A stretch of DNA of 64,000 nucleotides. Origin: Acidimicrobiia bacterium. Its GTDB lineage: Bacteria > Actinomycetota > Acidimicrobiia > IMCC26256 > PALSA-555. Made by a program: the position numbers and the translations under genes. Positions within the stretch are counted from its first letter, which is position 1. Every line of letters starts with the position of its first letter. The stretch is taken from positions 3,736 through 67,735 of the forward strand of contig JBBECS010000015.1 in the NCBI GenBank assembly GCA_040881685.1, written 5' to 3'. Of the stretch, positions 38,773 to 47,172 are shown piece by piece. The notes beneath the pieces were generated by a model, which saw only the letters and a list, made by a program, of their open reading frames with translations, searched no databases and was not told where the DNA came from.

Positions 38773-38952
38773 ATGGCCGTCCCGAAGCGCAAGATCCCGA
38801 GGGCCAAGACCCATTCGCGCCGGTCTGCGAACCGCAAGCTCGACGCGCCCGCGCGCTCCGTCTGCCCGAACTGTCAGACGGTGAAGCAGCCGCACATCGT
38901 GTGCCCGAACTGTGGTTGGTACAAGGGCCGCCAGGCCGTCGAGGTGCAGTAG
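38773..38952 (+). CDS. rpmF: 50S ribosomal protein L32
   Basis: MAVPKRKIPRAKTHSRRSANRKL...CPNCQ...PHIVCPNCGWYKGR. Confidence 0.9.
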   Translation: MAVPKRKIPRAKTHSRRSANRKLDAPARSVCPNCQTVKQPHIVCPNCGWYKGRQAVEVQ

Positions 38953-38956
38953 CTCC

Positions 38957-39952
38957 GTGTCCACCTGCACGGTCGCCGTCGACGCGATGGGTGGCGACCG
39001 AGCCCCGGGCGAGATCGTGGCGGGCGCGTTGCGCGGCGTCGACGAGCTGGGCATCCGAGTGCTGCTCGTCGGCCGCGAAGAAGAGGTCACGCCACTGCTG
39101 TCGAACCCGGCGCCGGCGGGTGTGTCGATCCTCGACGCGCGCGACGTGATCGCGATGGACGACGAACCAGCCGGTGCGGTGCGCAAGAAGAAGAACTCGT
39201 CTCTCGTGCGCTGCGCGCAGGCGGTGCGCGACGGGTTGGCCGACGCGATGGTGAGCGCAGGCAACACCGGCGCCGCGATGGCCGCCGCATTGCTCCGCAT
39301 GGGGCGGGTGAAGGGCGTCTCCCGTCCTGCGATCGCGGTGGTGCTGCCGGTGCCCGGGCACGGCCACCAGATCCTCGTCGACGCCGGTGCCACGACGGAC
39401 GTCTCGCCTGAATGGCTGGTTCAGTTCGCGCTCATGGGCCGTGAATACGCACGGGTGCGGCTCGGTGTGGAGGAACCGACCGTAGGTCTCCTCTCGATCG
39501 GCGAGGAGCCGAGCAAGGGTGACGAGCTGCGCAAGCAGGTGCACCCGCTTCTCTCGGCGATGCCCGGCTTCGTCGGCAACGTAGAGGGCCGCGACTTCAT
39601 GCACGCCGGGACTGACGTGGTGGTCACCGACGGGTTCACCGGCAACGTCGCGCTCAAGAGCCTGGAAGGCGCGCTGCGCTCGCTCGCGAGCCTCGTATTC
39701 GGTGTGTTCGAGTCGTCGCCGGCGGCGAAGGCAGCCGGTGACGTGGTCATGCCGATGTTGCTCGAGGCGGCCGAGGCGTACGACCCCGATCTCACGGGTG
39801 GCGCGGTCCTGCTCGGCGTGAACGGGGTCTGCGTGATCTCGCACGGCGCCTCGTCGGAGACCGCGATCGTCAAGGCGCTCGGTGTCGCGGCCGATTGCGT
39901 TTCCGCAGACGTTCCGCAGCTCGTGCGCAAGGCGGTGGCGAATGCCGGCTGA
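38957..39952 (+). CDS. plsX: phosphate acyltransferase PlsX
   Basis: VAVDAMGGDRAPGEIVAGA, SAGNTGAAMAAA and TDGFTGNVALKSLEG. The GTG start at 38957 is inferred. Confidence 0.9.
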   Translation: MSTCTVAVDAMGGDRAPGEIVAGALRGVDELGIRVLLVGREEEVTPLLSNPAPAGVSILDARDVIAMDDEPAGAVRKKKNSSLVRCAQAVRDGLADAMVSAGNTGAAMAAALLRMGRVKGVSRPAIAVVLPVPGHGHQILVDAGATTDVSPEWLVQFALMGREYARVRLGVEEPTVGLLSIGEEPSKGDELRKQVHPLLSAMPGFVGNVEGRDFMHAGTDVVVTDGFTGNVALKSLEGALRSLASLVFGVFESSPAAKAAGDVVMPMLLEAAEAYDPDLTGGAVLLGVNGVCVISHGASSETAIVKALGVAADCVSADVPQLVRKAVANAG

Positions 39953-40250
39953 GACGCACCTCGAGCGTGGCCCGCTTGGTTCCGAGGAAGTGCTCGCGCT
40001 GATCCGCGATCAGCTTTCCGAGATCCTCGAGATCGACGAGTCGCTCGTCGTGCGCGAGGCGCGCTTCGCCGAGGATCTCGCGGCCGACTCGCTCGCGCTC
40101 ATCGAGTTGGTGGAAGCGCTCGAGCAGGAGCTGGGCGAGCGAACGGTGGGGTTCAGCGTGGACGACGAGGACCTCGCCGACCTCGCGACCGTGGGCGACG
40201 CGGTGGACTACATCGTTGCTCGGCTCGAGACAGGGAGCGCGGCGCCATGA
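39942..40250 (+). CDS. acpP: acyl carrier protein
   Basis: FAEDLAADSLALIELVEALEQELG carries the phosphopantetheine Ser in DSL. The plsX-acp-rnc-smc-ftsY order is the classic one. It has a roughly 20-aa N-terminal extension and overlaps the plsX end by 11 nt. Confidence 0.8.
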   Translation: MPAETHLERGPLGSEEVLALIRDQLSEILEIDESLVVREARFAEDLAADSLALIELVEALEQELGERTVGFSVDDEDLADLATVGDAVDYIVARLETGSAAP

Positions 40251-40996
40251 CGCGCGAGGACGAGCTCGTCCGGCTCGAAGGCGCCCTCGGCTACGAGTTC
40301 GAGGCGCGAGCCCATCTCGAAGCCGCGCTCGTCCATCGCTCGTACTGCGCTGAGCATGCAGAGGCGAGCCCGAACGAGCGGCTCGAGTTCCTCGGCGATG
40401 CCGTGCTCGGCCTGAGTGTCACCGACCACATCTTCGAGGTGTACCCGGAGCTTCCCGAAGGTGAGCTCACGAAGATTCGAGCGTCCGTGGTCAATGCCGA
40501 GGTGCTGGCGATCGTCGCCGCCGAGCTCGATCTCGGCAGCGCGTTGCTCTTGGCCAAGGGCGAAGACGCCTCGGGCGGACGTGCGAAGCCGTCGATCCTC
40601 GCCGACACCATGGAGGCCGTCATCGCCGCCGTGTACCTGGACGGTGGCCGCGAGTCTGCCGACCGCGTCGTGCTGGGGCTGCTCGGCGAGCGAATTCAAG
40701 AGAGTGCCGAAGGCCCTGGTCAGCGCGACGTGAAGACGCGTTTGCAAGAGCTCACCACGCAGCTCCTTGATGTTGTCCCGCGCTACGTCGTCACCGGCGA
40801 TGGGCCTGACCACTCCAGGAACTTCTACGCCAAGGTGATGTTGCGCCGAGACTGCTACGGCGAGGGCGAAGGTCGCACCAAGAAGGAAGCCGAGAAGGCC
40901 GCGGCGCGCGCCGCATGGCAGCGACTGCAAGCGGAACAGTCCGGGGAGATGCCCGCGCTGGCGACCAGCGCAGCGAGAGAAGGAAACGATGCCTGA
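40247..40996 (+). CDS. rnc: ribonuclease III
   Basis: NERLEFLGDAVLGL is the RNase III signature. The C-terminal dsRBD reads DVKTRLQEL...GPDHSRNFYA....GEGEGRTKKEAEKAAA. Confidence 0.95.
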   Translation: MTREDELVRLEGALGYEFEARAHLEAALVHRSYCAEHAEASPNERLEFLGDAVLGLSVTDHIFEVYPELPEGELTKIRASVVNAEVLAIVAAELDLGSALLLAKGEDASGGRAKPSILADTMEAVIAAVYLDGGRESADRVVLGLLGERIQESAEGPGQRDVKTRLQELTTQLLDVVPRYVVTGDGPDHSRNFYAKVMLRRDCYGEGEGRTKKEAEKAAARAAWQRLQAEQSGEMPALATSAAREGNDA

Positions 40997-41825
40997 GCTA
41001 CCGGAAGTCGAGGTCGTTCGACGAGACCTCGAGCGAGAGATCATCGGCAAGCGCGTGAAGGCCGTCGAGGTGGACGGCATGCGCTCCGTTCGCCGCCATC
41101 ACAACCGGAAGCAGTTCATCAGCCGGCTCGAGGGCAAGAGGTTCATCAGCGTCGAGCGGCGCGGCAAGTACCTCCTGTGCCGCATCGAGGGGAACGACGT
41201 GCTCGTCATCCATCTCGGCATGTCGGGCCAGCTGCTCCGGGCAAAGACCGGGCGAGACGCCAAGGCCAAGCACACCCATGTGACGATCACGTTCACCCAG
41301 GGTGGCCAACTGCGCTTCATCGACCCGCGCACGTTCGGTGAGATGTTCGTGACCGAGGTCGACGCGCTCGCGCGGGTCAGCGAGCTGTCCCACCTCGGGA
41401 TCGACCCGCTCGAGAACGCGATGTCCTGGGAGCAGTTCGGCAGCCTCATCACGAACAAGCACGCCAAGCTCAAGCCGCTGCTCATGGACCAGAAGTTCCT
41501 CGCCGGCATCGGCAACATCTACAGCGACGAGATCCTCTGGGGAGCGGGCTTGCGTTGGGATCGCATGAGCGACTCACTCTCCGCGCAGGAGGTGCGCCGC
41601 CTCTACCGGGCGATGGTCGAGACGCTCCAGGACGCCGTGAAGTACCGGGGGTCGTCACTCGCCGACATGCAGTACGTCGACCTGCACGGCAAGCCCGGCG
41701 AGTACCAGCTCCACCACAAGGTGTACGCGCACGACGGCGACTCGTGCCGTCGCTGTCGCCACGCGATCGTGCGCGAGCGCTACGGCGGTCGCTCCACCTA
41801 CTACTGCGAGGCATGCCAGGTCTAG
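40989..41825 (+). CDS. mutM: formamidopyrimidine-DNA glycosylase
   Basis: MPELPEVEVVRRDL at the N-terminus, and a C-terminal zinc finger CRRCRHAIVRERYGGRSTYYCEACQ. Confidence 0.95.
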   Translation: MPELPEVEVVRRDLEREIIGKRVKAVEVDGMRSVRRHHNRKQFISRLEGKRFISVERRGKYLLCRIEGNDVLVIHLGMSGQLLRAKTGRDAKAKHTHVTITFTQGGQLRFIDPRTFGEMFVTEVDALARVSELSHLGIDPLENAMSWEQFGSLITNKHAKLKPLLMDQKFLAGIGNIYSDEILWGAGLRWDRMSDSLSAQEVRRLYRAMVETLQDAVKYRGSSLADMQYVDLHGKPGEYQLHHKVYAHDGDSCRRCRHAIVRERYGGRSTYYCEACQV

Positions 41826-41831
41826 AGCCTT

Positions 41832-41879
41832 GGTCGCACTCGCTCGGCGCCCGGGTTACCCGGTCGCCGCCCTTCGGGC
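41832..41879 (-). repeat. structured repeat copy K (only clear inverted copy)
   Basis: The minus strand reads GCCC-GAA-GGGC, GGCGACCGGG-TAA-CCCGGGCGCC (one A/G mismatch), GAGCGAGTGCGACC. It lies between mutM and acyP. Confidence 0.65.
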
Positions 41880-41890
41880 CGGTCGCCGCG

Positions 41891-42172
41891 TTGACTGAGC
41901 CGGATCGTGTTCGCCGGCACGTCTGGGTCGATGGGCGGGTGCAGAACGTGTGGTTCCGTGACGCGTGCCGACGCGAGGCGTTGGCGCAGGGCGTCGACGG
42001 CTGGGTCCAGAACCTCGGCGACGGCCGTGTGGAGGCCGTGTTCGAGGGGCCACCCGAGGCCGTCGCCGTGCTCGTCGCCTGGTGCCAGGACGGGCCTCCG
42101 CGTGCGCAGGTCAGCCGGGTCGAGGTCCGCGACGAGCTCTTGGGAGCCGAGGACGGGTTCGCGGTGCGCTGA
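41891..42172 (+). CDS. acyP: acylphosphatase
   Basis: VWVDGRVQNVWFRDACRREALAQGVDGWVQNLGDGRVEAVFEGP is the acylphosphatase signature. The TTG start at 41891 is inferred. Confidence 0.8.
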   Translation: MTEPDRVRRHVWVDGRVQNVWFRDACRREALAQGVDGWVQNLGDGRVEAVFEGPPEAVAVLVAWCQDGPPRAQVSRVEVRDELLGAEDGFAVR

Positions 42173-42246
42173 CCTGCCCTGACGCCGGGTGCTCGGCATT
42201 CACGAAGCCCCTCGGTACGATCCGCTCGTGAACGCGATCGCGAGCC

Positions 42247-42329
42247 AGAGCGAGCGCTCGCGTCGCAGGTACCCTGCGGCGCAGCGAGCGGGGCCCGAGC
42301 GGCCCGGCCCGCAGGGCCGAGAGCGGGAC
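42247..42329 (+). repeat. structured repeat copy G, abutting the smc start
   Basis: AGAGCGAGCGCTC, GCGTCGCAGG-TAC-CCTGCGGCGC (42260-82, one T-G pair), AGCGAGCGGGGCCCGAGCGG, CGGCCC-GCA-GGGCCG (42305-19), AGAGCGGGAC. An open frame through it ends at TGA 42330-32, overlapping the smc ATG at 42332. Confidence 0.8.
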
Positions 42330-42331
42330 TG

Positions 42332-45232
42332 ATGTTCCTCAAGTCGCTCACGCTGAAGGGCTTCAAGTCGTTCGCCGAGAAGACGACGCTCGACTTCGAG
42401 CCCGGCGTCACCGTGGTGGTCGGCCCGAACGGATCGGGCAAGTCCAACCTCGTCGACGCCGTGGCGTGGGTGCTCGGCGCCCAGGGCCCGCGCAGCCTTC
42501 GAGGCGGGAAGATGGACGACGTCATCTTCGCGGGCACACCGCAGCGCCAGGCCCTCGGGCGCTGCGAGGTCACGCTCACGATCGACAACACCACCGGCTT
42601 GCTCCCGATCGACTTCTCCGAGGTCACGTTCACGCGCACGCTGTTCCGCACCGGTGAGTCGGAGTACGCGCTCAACGGGGTGCCGTGTCGATTGCTCGAC
42701 TTGCAGGAGCTGCTGTCCGACACCGGAATCGGTCGCCAGCAGCACGTGATCGTCGGTCAAGGACAGCTCGACACGATCTTGAACGCGTCGGCCTTCGACC
42801 GCCGCGGCATCGTCGAAGAAGCCGCGGGCATCCTGAAGTACCGCAAGCGCAAGGAGCGCGCCGAGCGGCGGCTCCTCACCACCGAAGGCAACCTGATCCG
42901 CCTCAATGACCTGCTGCGCGAGGTCAAGCGCCAGCTCACGCCCCTCCAGCGCCAAGCGGAGGCCGCGCAGAAGCACGGGAGCGTCGTCGGGGAGCTGCGG
43001 GCGATCAAGCTCCACTTGGCCGGCCACCAGATCGCTGGTTTCCAGACGCGCCTCGAGCGTCTGAACGACGAGCGGGCTGACCTCGCCACACGAGACGACG
43101 AGCTCCGAAGCCGTCTGCGCCAGCTCGACGACTCGGTGCTGGACGCAGAGCACTCGCTCACGGCACTCGGGGGCGATGGCGTCGCCGACTGGGTGGTGCG
43201 CGTCGAATCGCTGCGCGAGCGCGGGAGAGGTCTCGCGGCACTCGTCGGCGAGAAGCGTCGCGGTGTCCAGCGGGAGCTGACCGCCGCGGCCGACATGGGC
43301 GTCGCGGAGACCCTCGTTGCCGATCAGGTCGGGTTGCGCAACGAGCTCGAGACGCTCGACGCGCAGGTCGATGGGCTCACGCTGCCCGGCACCGATGCGC
43401 AGATCGCGGCAGACACGGCCGAGGAGACGCTGAGCGCGGCCGAGGATCGCTGGCGCGTCGCCGAAGGAGATGCGGCGCGCGCCCGCGCCCGCGCCGACGC
43501 CATGGAGCAGCAGCTGCGAGCGGCGCGCGCCGATGCCGCCACGGCGGAGCTGGACGCGATCGACGGTGTCGTTGGCCCGGTGATCGATCACCTCGAGATC
43601 GAGTCGGGTGCCGAGGCCGCCGTTGCCGCCGCGCTCGGCGAGGCGATGCGCGCCGTGGTCGTGCGCGCCGGCGACGCGGCGAGGTCGGCGGTCGAACGGC
43701 TGCATTCGGGCGACGCGCGCGCGCTCGTGCTCGTGGTCGATCCCGACCGCACGCCGTCCCTGCGCAGCGTTGATGCGCCGCCAGGCGCGCGCCCGGTGGT
43801 CGACCTCGTCCGCACGCAGGTTCCTGGTCTCGCCGAGGCGCTCGCGCGTCTGCTGGCCCGGTCGGTGCTCGTGGGAGACTGGCGCACCGCGCTTGACCTC
43901 GTGCTGGCTCGGCCCGATCTCGTCGCGGTGACCACCGACGGCGACCGGCTCGGTGGTGACGGCGTCTGGAACGTTGGAGGCGCGGCGGCCCCGGTCATTA
44001 CCCAAGCCGCGCTCGACGAGGCGCTCGCGCGGGCCGCGGCGGCCGACGTCACGCGGGCCGAGGCCCAGCGAACGGTCGAGTCGGCCCGGGCCGCCCTGGC
44101 TGCGGCGCGCGCGGCGGAGCTGCGGCGGGCCGCGGTCGAAGAGCGCCGCGCCGTGCTCGCGGCGCGCCTCGGCGAGGTCGAGGCGAGGCTGGCGGCCCGC
44201 GACCCCGAGACCAACGCGGTGGCCGAGCGCCAGCGCGTGTCGCTGCTCGAGCGCGACGCCTCGTTCGCAACGCTGACGCGCCGGCTGGCCGACCATCGCG
44301 CCGCTGTGGACGCGCTCCACGATCGTGTGCGCGAACGGCGACGCCGGCAGGCCGACGCGGCACGCTCGTCGGCGGAGCAACTCGACTCCCTGCGCACCGA
44401 GCGTGCCGAGCTCGAGCGTGGGCTCGGCGAGGTCCGTGAGCGCCAGTCGCGCGCCGAGATCGATGACGCCGAGACGCGGATCAAGCTGGAGAGCTCGGTG
44501 GATGTGCTGCGCACCGAGTTCGACGTGGAGCCTGCCGCCGCGCTCGATGCGCCCGCGCCCGCGGTGCCGGAGGGCACCACGCTCGCGGGCCGTGCTCGCG
44601 AGCTCGAGCGCGAGGTGCGCTTGATGGGCCCGATCAACCCGCTCGCGCTGGAGGAGCACCGCGCTCTCGAAGAGCGCCACGAGTTCCTCTCCGGGCAGCT
44701 CGAAGACGTGCGCTCGAGTCGCAAGGAGCTCACGCGCGTCGTGCGTGCCGTGGACGCTGAGATCGTGAAGGTCTTCGAGCAGGCGTTCGCCGACGTGTCG
44801 GAGCACTACATGCGGCTCTTCGCCACGCTGTTCCCCGGCGGCCAGGGTCGACTCCTGCTCACTGATCCCGAGAACCTCCTCGAGACCGGGATCGAGATCG
44901 ACGCCCGTCCGTTGGGCAAGAACGTCCGGCGGCTGTCGCTGCTGTCGGGTGGCGAGCGTTCACTTGCGGCGCTCGCGTTCCTGTTCGCGGTGTTCCGCGC
45001 CCGCCCGTCGCCCTTCTACCTGCTCGACGAGGTCGAGGCCGCGCTCGACGACGTGAACCTGCACCGGTTCCTCGATCTCGTCGACGAGTTTCGCGACGAA
45101 GCGCAGCTGGTGATCGTCACGCACCAGAAGCGCACGATGGAGGCTGGCGACATCCTCTATGGCGTCTCGATGCCGCCGGGCGGGTCGACCCGCGTCGTCT
45201 CGCAGCGCGTCAGCGACGTCGTCGAAGCCTGA
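42332..45232 (+). CDS. smc: chromosome segregation protein SMC
   Basis: MFLKSLTLKGFKSFA...GPNGSGKSN, long coiled coils, hinge (IDGVVGPVIDHLEIE..AVAAALG), and the C-terminal LSGGERSLAALAFLFA and FYLLDEVEAALD. Confidence 0.95.
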   Translation: MFLKSLTLKGFKSFAEKTTLDFEPGVTVVVGPNGSGKSNLVDAVAWVLGAQGPRSLRGGKMDDVIFAGTPQRQALGRCEVTLTIDNTTGLLPIDFSEVTFTRTLFRTGESEYALNGVPCRLLDLQELLSDTGIGRQQHVIVGQGQLDTILNASAFDRRGIVEEAAGILKYRKRKERAERRLLTTEGNLIRLNDLLREVKRQLTPLQRQAEAAQKHGSVVGELRAIKLHLAGHQIAGFQTRLERLNDERADLATRDDELRSRLRQLDDSVLDAEHSLTALGGDGVADWVVRVESLRERGRGLAALVGEKRRGVQRELTAAADMGVAETLVADQVGLRNELETLDAQVDGLTLPGTDAQIAADTAEETLSAAEDRWRVAEGDAARARARADAMEQQLRAARADAATAELDAIDGVVGPVIDHLEIESGAEAAVAAALGEAMRAVVVRAGDAARSAVERLHSGDARALVLVVDPDRTPSLRSVDAPPGARPVVDLVRTQVPGLAEALARLLARSVLVGDWRTALDLVLARPDLVAVTTDGDRLGGDGVWNVGGAAAPVITQAALDEALARAAAADVTRAEAQRTVESARAALAAARAAELRRAAVEERRAVLAARLGEVEARLAARDPETNAVAERQRVSLLERDASFATLTRRLADHRAAVDALHDRVRERRRRQADAARSSAEQLDSLRTERAELERGLGEVRERQSRAEIDDAETRIKLESSVDVLRTEFDVEPAAALDAPAPAVPEGTTLAGRARELEREVRLMGPINPLALEEHRALEERHEFLSGQLEDVRSSRKELTRVVRAVDAEIVKVFEQAFADVSEHYMRLFATLFPGGQGRLLLTDPENLLETGIEIDARPLGKNVRRLSLLSGGERSLAALAFLFAVFRARPSPFYLLDEVEAALDDVNLHRFLDLVDEFRDEAQLVIVTHQKRTMEAGDILYGVSMPPGGSTRVVSQRVSDVVEA

Positions 45233-45234
45233 GC

Positions 45235-46158
45235 GTGTTGCTGGGTGCGCTCCTCACGCAGGCCGCGGGGGAGAAGGTTGCGGCGTGCGGTCCCACCGCT
45301 GACCAGTCGTGGCTCTGCTCGACGGTCTACGAGATCACGGGCAACCGCGATGCCGCGGAGCTGGCCGACACGTTGGCGAGCCCGATCCGCATCGTCTTCA
45401 TCGTCGGGCTCGCGGTGCTTGCAACCTGGTTCTCCCGCCGACTGATCCGGCGGCTCGCGCGGCGGGTGACGACGGCACCGCAGATCGGGCCCCTGTCCGG
45501 CGCCCGCCGCGCGCAACGTATCGAGACCATGACGCATGTGACGAGCAGCATCGTCACCGTCCTCATCTCCCTGATCGCGTTGTTCGTCGTGCTCGGCGAG
45601 ATCGGCGTGGACATTGCGCCGCTGATTGCTGGTGCCGGCGTGATGGGCGTTGCGCTCGGGTTCGGAGCGCAGAGCATCGTGCGGGACTTCCTCTCCGGCT
45701 TGTTCATGGTGGGCGAGGACCAGTTCGGCGTGGGTGACGTGATCGATGTCGGCGGCGTCGTCGGGACGGTCGAGGGCTTCACGCTGCGGGTCACGCGGCT
45801 GCGCGACATCGAGGGGAGCGTCTGGCACGTGCCGAACGGCGAGATCAAGCGGGTGGGCAACCAGTCCCAGCAGTGGGCGCGCGCCGTGCTCGACCTCGCG
45901 GTCGCCTACGACACCGACATCCCGCAGGCCACCACGTTGATCGAAGAGGTGGTCGGCGCGATGTGGCATGACCCCGAGTGGACTCCGCAGATGCTGTCGG
46001 AACCTGAGGTGTGGGGTGTCGAGGCGTTCGTGCCCGAGGGTCCCGTCATCCGCACCGTGGTGAAGACCAAGCCGCACGAGCAGTGGAGGATCGCGCGCGA
46101 GATGCGCGCTCGCATCCTGGCGGCGTTCGACGAGGCCGGCATCCAGATCCGCCGGTAA
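45235..46158 (+). CDS. mechanosensitive ion channel (MscS) family protein
   Basis: Three TM helices, then LSGLFMVGEDQFGVGDVIDVGGVVGTVEGFTLRVTRLRDIEGSVWHVPNG. Confidence 0.85.
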   Translation: MLLGALLTQAAGEKVAACGPTADQSWLCSTVYEITGNRDAAELADTLASPIRIVFIVGLAVLATWFSRRLIRRLARRVTTAPQIGPLSGARRAQRIETMTHVTSSIVTVLISLIALFVVLGEIGVDIAPLIAGAGVMGVALGFGAQSIVRDFLSGLFMVGEDQFGVGDVIDVGGVVGTVEGFTLRVTRLRDIEGSVWHVPNGEIKRVGNQSQQWARAVLDLAVAYDTDIPQATTLIEEVVGAMWHDPEWTPQMLSEPEVWGVEAFVPEGPVIRTVVKTKPHEQWRIAREMRARILAAFDEAGIQIRR

Positions 46159-46211
46159 GGAGCGGAGCGGAGCCGTGCTCGGATGAGCGGGACGGCGGAG
46201 CGAAGCGACCC
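46158..46211 (+). repeat. structured repeat copy I (H/I subtype)
   Basis: AGGAGCGGAGCGGAG, then CCGTGC-TCGGATGAGCG-GGACGG (46173-95), then CGGAGCGAAGCGACCC. It starts at the mscS stop codon and is in frame with ftsY. Confidence 0.7.
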
Positions 46212-46233
46212 GGGAATTAGGATCAAACCAGCG

Positions 46234-47172
46234 ATGAAGCGCGGACGTGAACGCAAGAGCCGTCCGAAGCTGCGCGACCGCATGTCTCGCACGCGCGCTG
46301 GATTCGGGCGGCTGCGCGGCCGCGGGGCACTCAGCGATGAGCTGTGGGAAGACCTCGAGGAGACGTTGCTCCTCGCCGACGTCGGTCTCCCGACCACCGC
46401 CGTGCTCCTCGAGCAGGTGAAGGCGCGCGCCGCGGCCGACAAGGTTCGCGACGCGGATGCGCTCCCGGCGCTGCTGGAGCACGAGATCACCGCGGTCATG
46501 AGCCCCGACGCTGACCGCACGCTGCATCGCGCCCCGACCGGGCCGAGCGCTTGGCTCCTCGTGGGGGTCAACGGGGTGGGGAAGACGACGACGATCGCCA
46601 AGCTCGCGGCGCAGGAGATCGAGGACGGCAATCGAGTCGTGCTCGCGGCTGCCGACACCTTCCGCGCCGCGGCGGCAGACCAGCTCGCGCATTGGGCCGA
46701 CGAGCTCGGTGTTCACCTCGTGCGCGCGCAGGAAGGTGCTGACCCTGGGTCGGTCGCGTTCGATGCCGTGGAGGCTGCGGCATCGCGTGGTGCCGACGTG
46801 GTTCTTGTGGACACCGCCGGCCGCCTCCACACCAAGGCCAACTTGATGGCCGAGCTCGGGAAGATCGTGCGCGTGGTCGAACGGACGCCTAGTGGGCTGC
46901 ACGAGGTGCTGCTGGTGTTGGACGCGACGACCGGCCAGAACGGGTTGACGCAGGCGCGCGACTTCACCGAAGCGGTGGGCATCACGGGCGTAGTGCTGAC
47001 CAAGCTCGACGGCACCGCCAAAGGCGGCATCGTGATCGCGATCGAGCACGAGCTCGGCGTGCCGGTGAAGCTCGTGGGCATCGGCGAAACGCCCGACGAT
47101 CTCGTGCCGTTCGACCCTGCCGAGTTCGCCGCCGCGCTCGTGCGTGATGACACCGACTCGGGCGGGGAGTGA
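46234..47172 (+). CDS. ftsY: signal recognition particle receptor FtsY
   Basis: VGVNGVGKTTTIAKLA, DTAGRLH and TKLDGTAKGG. The start ATG 46234 (MKRGRERKS..) is preferred over ATG 46183, which lies inside repeat copy I. Confidence 0.9.
   Translation: MKRGRERKSRPKLRDRMSRTRAGFGRLRGRGALSDELWEDLEETLLLADVGLPTTAVLLEQVKARAAADKVRDADALPALLEHEITAVMSPDADRTLHRAPTGPSAWLLVGVNGVGKTTTIAKLAAQEIEDGNRVVLAAADTFRAAAADQLAHWADELGVHLVRAQEGADPGSVAFDAVEAAASRGADVVLVDTAGRLHTKANLMAELGKIVRVVERTPSGLHEVLLVLDATTGQNGLTQARDFTEAVGITGVVLTKLDGTAKGGIVIAIEHELGVPVKLVGIGETPDDLVPFDPAEFAAALVRDDTDSGGE

Noticed and set aside
46183-46233. ATG 46183 as the ftsY start (as in the ORF track).
   Set aside because: That ATG lies inside repeat copy I. 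ATG 46234 gives a basic N-terminus (MKRGRERKSRPKLRDRM...) of the kind seen in some FtsY proteins. The upstream start cannot be excluded and is discussed as a finding.
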